Part shown: piece by piece, positions 56,767-64,000 of the stretch
How positions within the stretch are numbered: the stretch's first letter is position 1
Layout: the number at the start of each line of letters is the position of its first letter
Origin: Bdellovibrionales bacterium
GTDB taxonomy: Bacteria; Bdellovibrionota; Bdellovibrionia; Bdellovibrionales; UBA1609
Length of the DNA stretch: 64,000 bases
Direction of reading: 5' to 3'
Assembly (NCBI GenBank): GCA_020630675.1
Contig: JAHDIR010000001.1
Location: 153,015 to 217,014 of the forward strand
Notes under the pieces: model-generated
Told to the model about the DNA's origin: nothing
The model's input: only the letters and a program-made list of their open reading frames with translations
Databases searched by the model: none
Position numbers and translations under genes: made by a program

Positions 56767-58209
56767 ATGGCGATGGGTTTAAAAATGTCAATGAAGTTAT
56801 CTCAACAGTTGAGAATGACACCACAGTTGCAACAAGCCATCAAGTTGTTGCAAATGTCTCGTATGGAGCTGGAAACAGCTGTGCGTAAGGAGCTTATTGA
56901 AAACCCTGTTTTAGAAGAGGTTCAGGATGGGGTGGGAGATGATCCTGCTTTAAAAAATGAACAAACAAAAGACGAGATTCAAAACCAAGAAGCAAAATCT
57001 GAAGATGCTCAAGACCCAACAAAACAAGATGAATTTGATTGGGAAAGTTATATGGAAAACCAATATAAGCCTCCGCAGTTACAAAGCGGTGGTTCTGATG
57101 ATGTTATAAATTATGAAAATATTATTTCATCAGCGACCTCATTAAATGAACATTTAATCTGGCAAGTAGGAATGGCTGGGTTTAATGAAGAGGAAGAAAC
57201 TTACGCACGTATTTTAGTCGACTATATTGATGACGATGGGTACATAAAAACACCACTTGAAGATATCGCTAGAGATGAAGAGATTGAGCCTGGGGAATTG
57301 GAAGAAATTCTTCCATTCATTCAAGAGTTTGATCCTGCTGGGGTTGGGGCTCGAAACTTAAAAGAGTGCTTGCTCATTCAAGCCAAGCATTTACAAGAAG
57401 ACACCAAGGACCTTGTCACAATTATTGAAAATCACTTGGAAGATTTACAGCGTAAAAACTTTGTGAATATAGCTAAAATAATGGGAAGTGACTTAGACTA
57501 TATAGTTGATATTTGCCAAGTTATTTTTAATATGGACCCAAAGCCAGGGCGTATATATATAACTTCAGATACACATTATATCAGTCCCGATGTATACGTT
57601 TACAAGGTGGGTGATGAATATGTTGTTTCGCTGAACGAGGAAGGGCTTCCGCGCCTAAAAGTTTCTGCACTTTATAAAAACTTATTAAAAACACAAGCCG
57701 AGTCAAAAGATAAAAAAGCCCAAGATTATATTCAAGATAAATTAAGATCTGCTGTGTGGTTAATTAAGTCGATTCACCAAAGACAACGAACAATTTATAA
57801 AGTGACTGAAAGTATAGTTAAACACCAAGAAGATTTTTTTGAAAAAGGCCCGGGCTTTATTAAGCCTATGATCCTGAAAGATATTGCTAATGATATAGGT
57901 ATGCATGAGTCTACGGTCAGTCGAGTGACGACAAGCAAATATGTTCATACTCCCCAGGGAATTTTTGAATTAAAATATTTTTTCAATTCAGGTATAAATA
58001 AAACGGATGGCGACTCAGTGGCCAGTGAAACCGTTAAACTTAAAATAAAAGCTTTGGTAGATAACGAAGATGTTAAGAAGCCTCTTTCTGATCAAAAAAT
58101 TGTTGATTTACTTAAAAAAGATGGCATTAAAATCGCTCGAAGAACTGTGGCCAAATACCGAGATGTGTTAAAAATATTACCATCTTCAAAAAGAAAGAAG
58201 TTTTATTAA
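56767..58209 (+). CDS. rpoN: RNA polymerase sigma-54 factor
   Basis: LSQQLRMTPQLQQAIKLLQMSRMELE region I, C-terminal RpoN box ARRTVAKYR. 480 aa. AAGGAG RBS. Confidence 0.95.
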   Translation: MAMGLKMSMKLSQQLRMTPQLQQAIKLLQMSRMELETAVRKELIENPVLEEVQDGVGDDPALKNEQTKDEIQNQEAKSEDAQDPTKQDEFDWESYMENQYKPPQLQSGGSDDVINYENIISSATSLNEHLIWQVGMAGFNEEEETYARILVDYIDDDGYIKTPLEDIARDEEIEPGELEEILPFIQEFDPAGVGARNLKECLLIQAKHLQEDTKDLVTIIENHLEDLQRKNFVNIAKIMGSDLDYIVDICQVIFNMDPKPGRIYITSDTHYISPDVYVYKVGDEYVVSLNEEGLPRLKVSALYKNLLKTQAESKDKKAQDYIQDKLRSAVWLIKSIHQRQRTIYKVTESIVKHQEDFFEKGPGFIKPMILKDIANDIGMHESTVSRVTTSKYVHTPQGIFELKYFFNSGINKTDGDSVASETVKLKIKALVDNEDVKKPLSDQKIVDLLKKDGIKIARRTVAKYRDVLKILPSSKRKKFY

Positions 58210-58372
58210 ACGCTTCAAATTGTTCATATTGAGACAGCAAGATTTTCTGGAGGCAGGAACTGTCTCTATTTGGATCAGCCTTTAGAAAAATAACCTTTTT
58301 TCCTGCGTAGTTCTAATAAAACCCTTAAACTTAAAGCTAGTTTTGCCGACAAGACTACAGGGGAGATTTGCG

Positions 58373-58810
58373 ATGTCTTATCAAAAACAGCGTGTAGCAC
58401 TGGTTATATTTACTATTTTATGCATTAACTTTGGATACACAAACTGTAGCCCTGTTCATCAAAATGATGGCTCTTCCACTTCTAGCTCCAATATAGAAGA
58501 GTGTAATGATTTCTACTTAGATGCCTTTGAAAAAACTTTTTTTACCTACCAACCAACGTCAACAACCTCTTGTAGTTCTTGTCATTCTTCAAATTATTTT
58601 ATTTCCGGCGATTCTGTAACTTCATGGGGACTTTTAGTTGGAAAGTTCGGTGGAAAAGACAATGCATTGAGTAAATTATTTGCCAACGCAAAGGGGGAAA
58701 ACCCTTCTCACGGAGGAACGCCTCCGGGGAGCGTCAGTGCTGCTGATGTGGCTACAATTGAGGCTTTTCAGCCAGCATGGGATGAGGCCGACCAAAATTG
58801 TTTTCAATAG
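58373..58810 (+). CDS. Small lipoprotein with CXXCH motif (putative monoheme c-type cytochrome-like)
   Basis: ATG 58373 (GGGGAG RBS). Lipobox-like FGYTNC. CSSCH motif. Paralogous to the next ORF. Confidence 0.5.
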   Translation: MSYQKQRVALVIFTILCINFGYTNCSPVHQNDGSSTSSSNIEECNDFYLDAFEKTFFTYQPTSTTSCSSCHSSNYFISGDSVTSWGLLVGKFGGKDNALSKLFANAKGENPSHGGTPPGSVSAADVATIEAFQPAWDEADQNCFQ

Positions 58811-58857
58811 AGTTTTTAAGTGGGGGGCTCTGAAGAGTCAATAAGGGTTTATAGCTT

Positions 58858-59313
58858 ATGAATAGGCAAAAAGAAAAAAAAGGATGGGCTTCACTAGTTT
58901 TTGCGTTTTCGTTATGTTTTGTAGTTGCCTGTGCACCGGTCAGTGATGATTCACCGGCCACTTCTGAAGAAATGTCTGTGAGCTGCAATGAGCTTTTTAA
59001 GCCAGTTTTTATTAGTACTTATTATGACTTTGCTAGAAATAACAGTTGCAATGGATGTCATGGCAATGGAATAGGCCCTCAATTTTCTATTGATAATCAA
59101 GATTTAGCTTTCGTAAATTTTTATATTCAAGGAGAGCCAGAGGCCATAGAGGGCCAAACTTTAAATGCCAAAGCAAAGTTTCGTACAAATGCCATTGTTG
59201 AACCAGGTCATAAATCAGTAGGGATGACCGCTTATATACCTACAATGGACTCTTTTGAGGCCCAATGGGCGGCAGCAGCGATCGATTTCAATGATTGCCT
59301 TCAAGGCAATTAA
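58858..59313 (+). CDS. Small lipoprotein with CXXCH motif (paralog of previous)
   Basis: Signal/lipobox LCFVVAC. CNGCH motif. Shares conserved Cys positions with the previous ORF (N-proximal CN[DE], C-terminal C) and a W near the C-terminus. Confidence 0.5.
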   Translation: MNRQKEKKGWASLVFAFSLCFVVACAPVSDDSPATSEEMSVSCNELFKPVFISTYYDFARNNSCNGCHGNGIGPQFSIDNQDLAFVNFYIQGEPEAIEGQTLNAKAKFRTNAIVEPGHKSVGMTAYIPTMDSFEAQWAAAAIDFNDCLQGN

Positions 59314-59553
59314 GCCTTTTTGTTAAACTCTAAAAACTGGGTCTTATTTATTAATGCGCCACGTTGTGCTTTTGTCCTCAACGGCAGGACTTAGCTTTTA
59401 AGTCTATTTTTCTCTTCCAAAAACATGAGTGTTAAAAAATATTTGGCTCAGTAATTTGCCTAATACTCAGTTGTTCTGTAAAAGAAAACGTTCATTTGAT
59501 CGATGGCCTGAGGTCGGCTGTTGTGGGATTGTTTAGCGTGAGGAGAAAAGCCC

Positions 59554-60714
59554 ATGAAAAATTATTTATTTACCAGTGAGTCCGTTTCTGAAGGTCACCC
59601 AGATAAAATGGCAGATCAAATCAGTGATGCCATTTTAGATGCTCTTTTAACTGATGATCCAAAAAGTCGAGTGGCTTGTGAAACAATGATCTCAACGGGG
59701 TTTGTTACAATTGCCGGTGAAGTCACAACGAAAGCAAAAGTGGATTTCTCTGATATTGTTCGTAATACCATTAAAGGTATTGGTTATGATTCGAGTGATA
59801 AAGGTTTTGATTACAAAACCTGCGCGGTATTATCTTCTTTAGATCGACAAAGCCCAGATATCGCTATGGGCGTCGATGATGATCAGCACGAGCAAGGCGC
59901 TGGCGACCAAGGAATTATGTTTGGTTACGCTATTAATGAGAATGATCAAGCTATGCCTTTATCTGTTAGCCTCTCCCATGATTTAGTTCGTAATTTAGCT
60001 GATATTAGAAAAAAAGAAATCGTTCCTTTTTTGCGGCCTGATAGTAAAAGTCAGGTCACTATTGAGTATGTGGATGGCAAACCTAAGCGTGTAGACGCCG
60101 TTGTTATTTCTACTCAACATTCTCCGGATGTGACGACCGCTCAGCTCACTGATTTTGTTCGTGAAGAGCTCATTAAAAAAACGATTCCTGCCCACTTGTT
60201 AGATGATAAAACTAAATTTTTTATAAACCCTACCGGTCAGTTTATAATCGGCGGCCCTCACGGGGATTGTGGTCTTACAGGTCGTAAAATTATTGTCGAC
60301 ACCTATGGTGGTCATGGAGCTCATGGTGGAGGTGCTTTTTCAGGTAAAGACTCTTCAAAAGTGGATCGCTCGGCGGCTTATGCTTGTCGACACGTGGCCA
60401 AAAATATTGTGGCGGCCGGTTTAGCCGAAAAGTGCTTAGTGCAGGCCTCTTACGCTATTGGTGTTGCAGACCCTGTCAGCCTAATGATTGAAGATTACGG
60501 GACAAGTAAAGTTGGGGCTGAAAAACTCACACAAGCTGTAAAAGAAATATGGAGTTTAAAGCCTGCTGACATTATCTCTCAATTTAAGCTACTTGACCCA
60601 AGGTTTTTTAAAACTTCTGCTTATGGACATTTTGGGCGATCAGAGGCTGAGTTCACTTGGGAAGCAACGGATAAAATTGATGCATTAAAAGATGTAGTAA
60701 AAACTCTATCTTAA
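59554..60714 (+). CDS. metK: S-adenosylmethionine synthetase
   Basis: [42 protein letters not shown]. 386 aa. Confidence 0.95.
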   Translation: MKNYLFTSESVSEGHPDKMADQISDAILDALLTDDPKSRVACETMISTGFVTIAGEVTTKAKVDFSDIVRNTIKGIGYDSSDKGFDYKTCAVLSSLDRQSPDIAMGVDDDQHEQGAGDQGIMFGYAINENDQAMPLSVSLSHDLVRNLADIRKKEIVPFLRPDSKSQVTIEYVDGKPKRVDAVVISTQHSPDVTTAQLTDFVREELIKKTIPAHLLDDKTKFFINPTGQFIIGGPHGDCGLTGRKIIVDTYGGHGAHGGGAFSGKDSSKVDRSAAYACRHVAKNIVAAGLAEKCLVQASYAIGVADPVSLMIEDYGTSKVGAEKLTQAVKEIWSLKPADIISQFKLLDPRFFKTSAYGHFGRSEAEFTWEATDKIDALKDVVKTLS

Positions 60715-60732
60715 GGCTAATATAAACCCCAT

Positions 60733-62544
60733 ATGAAACCTGAGAACATTAGAAATTTTTCCATCATTGCTCATATTGATCATGGTAAGTCGACTTTGGC
60801 AGATGGGCTTCTTCGCTTTACAGAAGCTCTCTCTGCACGAGAAGAAAAAGATCAATTCCTTGATAATATGGATATTGAGCGTGAGCGTGGTATTACCATT
60901 AAAGCTCAAACCGTTCGTATTATTTACAAGGCTGATGATGGAGAGCTTTATCAAATTAACTTAATTGATACTCCTGGGCATGTGGATTTTTCTTATGAAG
61001 TGTCTCGTTCGTTGGCGGCTTGTGAGGGGGCTATTCTTGTGGTTGATGCCGCTCAAGGGGTTGAGGCTCAAACTCTTGCTAATGTTTATCTCGCTTTAGA
61101 TAACGACTTAGAAATCATTCCTGTACTAAATAAAATTGACCTTCCTGCTGCAGATCCAGAAGGAGTTCGCCGCCAAATTGAAGACTCTATTGGTTTAGAT
61201 GCCTCAGAGGCTATTCTTGCTAGTGCTAAAGAAAAAACTGGAATTAAAGAAATTTTGCAAGCAGTGGTTGATAAAGTTCCAGCCCCTCAAGCTGATGGTA
61301 GTAAACCTTTAAGAGCACTTATTTTTGATTCTTGGTTTGATAATTATCAAGGAGTGATCACTTTATGTCGTGTTGTTGATGGCACTTTAAAAAAAGGCGA
61401 TCGCATTAAGTTCATGGCCACAGATAAAGATTATGAAGTCTTAAAGCTGGGCGTTTACTCTCCTTTTGAAGAAACATTAAAAGAGCTTCATGCCGGTGAA
61501 GTGGGTTTTATTATTTGTGGAATGAAGGATATTCGCGATGTAAAGGTTGGCGATACCATCACTCATGTGAAAAAAGCAGGAAAAGTTCAAGCCACAGAAG
61601 CTTTGGGTGGTTTTAAAAAAGTAGATCCAATGGTTTTTTCTGGTATTTTTCCAGTGGTTTCCTCTGATTTTGAAGACCTGAAAGCAGCAATGGAAAAGTT
61701 GGTGCTTAATGATGCAAGTTTAAGCTACGAAACTGAAAAATCTGCGGCCTTAGGTTTTGGTTTTCGTTGTGGTTTTTTGGGCCTTTTGCATATGGAAATT
61801 GTGCGTGAACGACTTGAGCGTGAATTTAACCTTGATCTCATTTCAACAGCACCAACAGTGGTGTATGAAGTCACTAAGAAAAATGGGGAAACCATTTTAC
61901 TGGAAAACCCCTCGGAACTCCCAGACCCTGTTCATATTGAAAAAATTAACGAACCTTATGCCAAGTTGTCTTTGCATACTCCTTCTGAGTACATAGGTGG
62001 TTTGTTAAAGCTGTGTGAAGACCGTCGTGGCACCCAGCTGCGAATGGATTATATCACCGACACAAAGGTTATTATTGAATATAAATTGCCATTGAATGAA
62101 ATGGTGATGGATTTTTACGACAAGCTAAAATCTATTTCTAAGGGCTATGCTTCAATGGAATATGATATTCTCGACTTTGAAGAGGGTCAGTTAGTCAAAA
62201 TGGATATTCTTATTAACGGTGAGCCCGTAGATGCTTTGTCTGTGATTGTTCATAAAGATAAAGCCGTGTCTAAAGGGCGATTACTGACAAAAAAATTAAA
62301 AGAGCTTATTCCTCGCCAACAATATCAGGTGGCTATTCAAGCCACCATGGGAGCAACGATTGTAGCTCGCGAAACATTGGGGGCCTTACGTAAAGATGTG
62401 ACTGCAAAGTGTTACGGTGGTGACATTACTCGAAAACGAAAATTACTAGAAAGACAAAAAGAAGGTAAAAAAAAGATGAAGCAAATTGGTCGAGTCAATG
62501 TACCGCAAGAGGCCTTCTTAGCAATTTTAAAAGTGGAGGACTAA
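60733..62544 (+). CDS. lepA: Translation elongation factor 4
   Basis: [32 protein letters not shown], and the C-terminal LepA-specific domain. 603 aa. Confidence 0.95.
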   Translation: MKPENIRNFSIIAHIDHGKSTLADGLLRFTEALSAREEKDQFLDNMDIERERGITIKAQTVRIIYKADDGELYQINLIDTPGHVDFSYEVSRSLAACEGAILVVDAAQGVEAQTLANVYLALDNDLEIIPVLNKIDLPAADPEGVRRQIEDSIGLDASEAILASAKEKTGIKEILQAVVDKVPAPQADGSKPLRALIFDSWFDNYQGVITLCRVVDGTLKKGDRIKFMATDKDYEVLKLGVYSPFEETLKELHAGEVGFIICGMKDIRDVKVGDTITHVKKAGKVQATEALGGFKKVDPMVFSGIFPVVSSDFEDLKAAMEKLVLNDASLSYETEKSAALGFGFRCGFLGLLHMEIVRERLEREFNLDLISTAPTVVYEVTKKNGETILLENPSELPDPVHIEKINEPYAKLSLHTPSEYIGGLLKLCEDRRGTQLRMDYITDTKVIIEYKLPLNEMVMDFYDKLKSISKGYASMEYDILDFEEGQLVKMDILINGEPVDALSVIVHKDKAVSKGRLLTKKLKELIPRQQYQVAIQATMGATIVARETLGALRKDVTAKCYGGDITRKRKLLERQKEGKKKMKQIGRVNVPQEAFLAILKVED

Positions 62545-62548
62545 TTTC

Positions 62549-63301
62549 ATGTTTAAAGGTATTAATACAAAAAAGTATTGGACAGAAGGTGTTGGTTCTT
62601 ACGCCGTCGCCATCCTTATAGCTTTAACGATACGCTGGGCTTTTATGGAAGCTTATGTCATACCTTCTGGCAGTATGTTGCCCAGCTTACTTTTACACGA
62701 TCATATCTTTGTGAATAAAATGGTTTATGGAGTTAGGGTTCCTTTTACTGAAAAGTGGCTTTACAAAGCCGGAGATCCCAAAAGAGGAGAAGTCATTGTC
62801 TTTAGGTATCCTGAAGATGAGTCCATCTTTTATATAAAAAGAGTGGTGGGAGTTCCTGGAGATAGAGTTTTTTATGAAAATGGAAAGCTTTATGTTAATG
62901 ATGAGTTGGTTGATAAAAAAGAACCCGGAGAGTTAAGGTCTGAATTTGATTGGTTAAGAGACAAAGATTTGGGCCCGTTTATTAATCGTGAAGATGTGAC
63001 TCATTGGGAAGAACAGCTCGGAGATCAAAAGTTTAGTACGCTCTCTATAAAAAATAGACCATCAAGAACTTTTGGTCCTTATCAGGTTCCTCAAGATAGC
63101 TATTTTGTTATGGGGGACAATCGTGATAATTCAAAGGACAGTCGTTTATGGAGTCCTGATAAAACCTTTGTTCCCCGAAAAAATCTAATTGGGCGAGCTA
63201 TGTTTGTTTGGTTGAGTTGTGATGAAACCTTACCAATGGTCACCTTTTTATGTAACCCCCTTGAAGTGCGTTGGAAAAGATTTTTCCATAGCGTTCATTA
63301 G
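62549..63301 (+). CDS. lepB: Signal peptidase I
   Basis: Catalytic PSGSMLPSL (Ser), YIKRVVGVPGD (Lys), GDNRDNSKDSR. 250 aa. Confidence 0.9.
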   Translation: MFKGINTKKYWTEGVGSYAVAILIALTIRWAFMEAYVIPSGSMLPSLLLHDHIFVNKMVYGVRVPFTEKWLYKAGDPKRGEVIVFRYPEDESIFYIKRVVGVPGDRVFYENGKLYVNDELVDKKEPGELRSEFDWLRDKDLGPFINREDVTHWEEQLGDQKFSTLSIKNRPSRTFGPYQVPQDSYFVMGDNRDNSKDSRLWSPDKTFVPRKNLIGRAMFVWLSCDETLPMVTFLCNPLEVRWKRFFHSVH

Positions 63302-63307
63302 CGTTTA

Positions 63308-64000
63308 ATGAAAGCCTTTTTAAAAAGTATATTTTCTTTTTGGGGTATAATTTCTCTTATTCTCATTGTCCGTTGGGCTTTGTTTGAGCCCTTTGTTATC
63401 CCTTCAGGCAGTATGATTCCAAGCTTACTGGTGCATGACCATATTCTTGTTCATAAGTATGTCTTTGGCTTAAGAATTCCCTTTACTCAAGACTGGATAA
63501 CAGACATCACTTTACCTGAACGGGGAGATGTTGTTGTTTTTAAAAAACCTGGAGAATCACCAAGCTACTTCATGATTAAACGAGTGATTGGTCTGCCTGG
63601 GGATGAAGTGACTATGCATGAGGATGGTCGTTTGATCGTTAATGGTGAGCCTTTAGAGGTTAAGCCCATTAATTATAACACGATAACATCTGCATCCTTG
63701 CCGAACTCCTATTATCCTGCCGACTCCTTAGACTTGCAACTTGACCCTAAAAGTGTTGATTTTTATGAAACCTCCTCAGGGCAAGGCTCGTACTTAACAA
63801 TGCTTAAAAAAGACCTCGACCATGGGGGTTTTGAGGCGATTATTCCTGAAGGTCATTTATTTGTTATGGGTGATAACAGAGATAACTCTATGGATAGTCG
63901 TTTTTGGGGGCCTTTGCCCATAGAGCATTTAGTGGGTAAGGCTGGTTGGGTTTGGTTGAGTTGTCAGAAAACAATTGGTGCCTTTGATCGCTTATGTCAC
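63308..64000 (+). CDS. lepB: Signal peptidase I paralog (3' end truncated by window edge)
   Basis: Not in the ORF track because it has no stop in the window. My translation from ATG 63308 gives MKAFLKSIFSFWGIISLILIVRWALFEPFVIPSGSMIPSL...MIKRVIGLPGDEV...GDNRDNSMDSRFWG, open to nt 64000. Confidence 0.85.
   Translation, partial: MKAFLKSIFSFWGIISLILIVRWALFEPFVIPSGSMIPSLLVHDHILVHKYVFGLRIPFTQDWITDITLPERGDVVVFKKPGESPSYFMIKRVIGLPGDEVTMHEDGRLIVNGEPLEVKPINYNTITSASLPNSYYPADSLDLQLDPKSVDFYETSSGQGSYLTMLKKDLDHGGFEAIIPEGHLFVMGDNRDNSMDSRFWGPLPIEHLVGKAGWVWLSCQKTIGAFDRLCH

Noticed and set aside
58231-58266. Hairpin GAGACAG...CTGTCTC after rpoN as a terminator. Also weak AT-rich hairpins at 6066-6088 and 26736-26764.
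   Set aside because: The stems are only 6-7 bp, with large loops or no proper T-run. This is too weak to call.
59314-59553. Possible SAM riboswitch in the 240-nt metK leader. It includes a hairpin GTCCT-CAACGGC-AGGAC at 59374-59390, whose loop recalls the SAM/SAH riboswitch core.
   Set aside because: I could not find SAM-I, SAM-II/V or SAM/SAH consensus architecture. The hairpin is ~165 nt from the RBS and cannot sequester it, so it more likely marks the 3' end of the upstream lipoprotein gene. A covariance-model (Rfam) scan would be needed to settle this.

Overview
AT-rich bacterial chromosomal window, almost fully coding: about 60 genes. I could not find any rRNA, tRNA, CRISPR array, transposase or integrase. 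GC content was judged by eye, not computed.

Block 1 (0.15-33.8 kb) is a large mosaic surface-glycan locus.
- UDP-sugar enzymes: a WecB-WecC fusion, Ugd, a UDP-glucuronate decarboxylase, SDR epimerases and a DegT aminotransferase.
- Assembly genes: an O-antigen ligase/polymerase-family protein and a polyprenyl-phosphate sugar transferase.
- An unusual NeuA-like / RraA-like / short NeuB-like / histidine-phosphatase module.
- A complete GDP-heptose route (HddC-x-GmhB fusion, HddA, GmhA) followed by a 4,6-dehydratase and a reductase.
- Several glycosyltransferases, a Wzm/Wzt ABC exporter, and kdsC and kdsA.
- A Cys-rich secreted orphan behind a near-consensus sigma-54 promoter.
- A decayed acyltransferase, a STELLO-like glycosyltransferase, fcl, and a 710-aa GT-like / coiled-coil / PhyH-dioxygenase protein.

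Block 2 (33.8-41.6 kb) holds a degenerate HNH-AP2 protein, a BamE-like lipoprotein, a FliL-like protein and an FHA-sigma54 activator. These are followed by engB-kdsB-pyrG-kdsD and a strong terminator.

Block 3 (41.9-53.1 kb) is the most system-like feature. It is a ten-gene, translationally coupled operon collinear with Myxococcus nfsA-G / glt core genes, with an in-operon TolQ/TolR-type (AglRQS-like) motor.

The window ends with a signal-peptide GNAT, a GYF-GYF-PilZ protein, lptC/A-lptB-rpoN, two CXXCH lipoproteins, metK, lepA and two lepB paralogs (the second cut by the window edge).

The gene content suggests a Bdellovibrionota/Myxococcota-related lineage. That is inference only.
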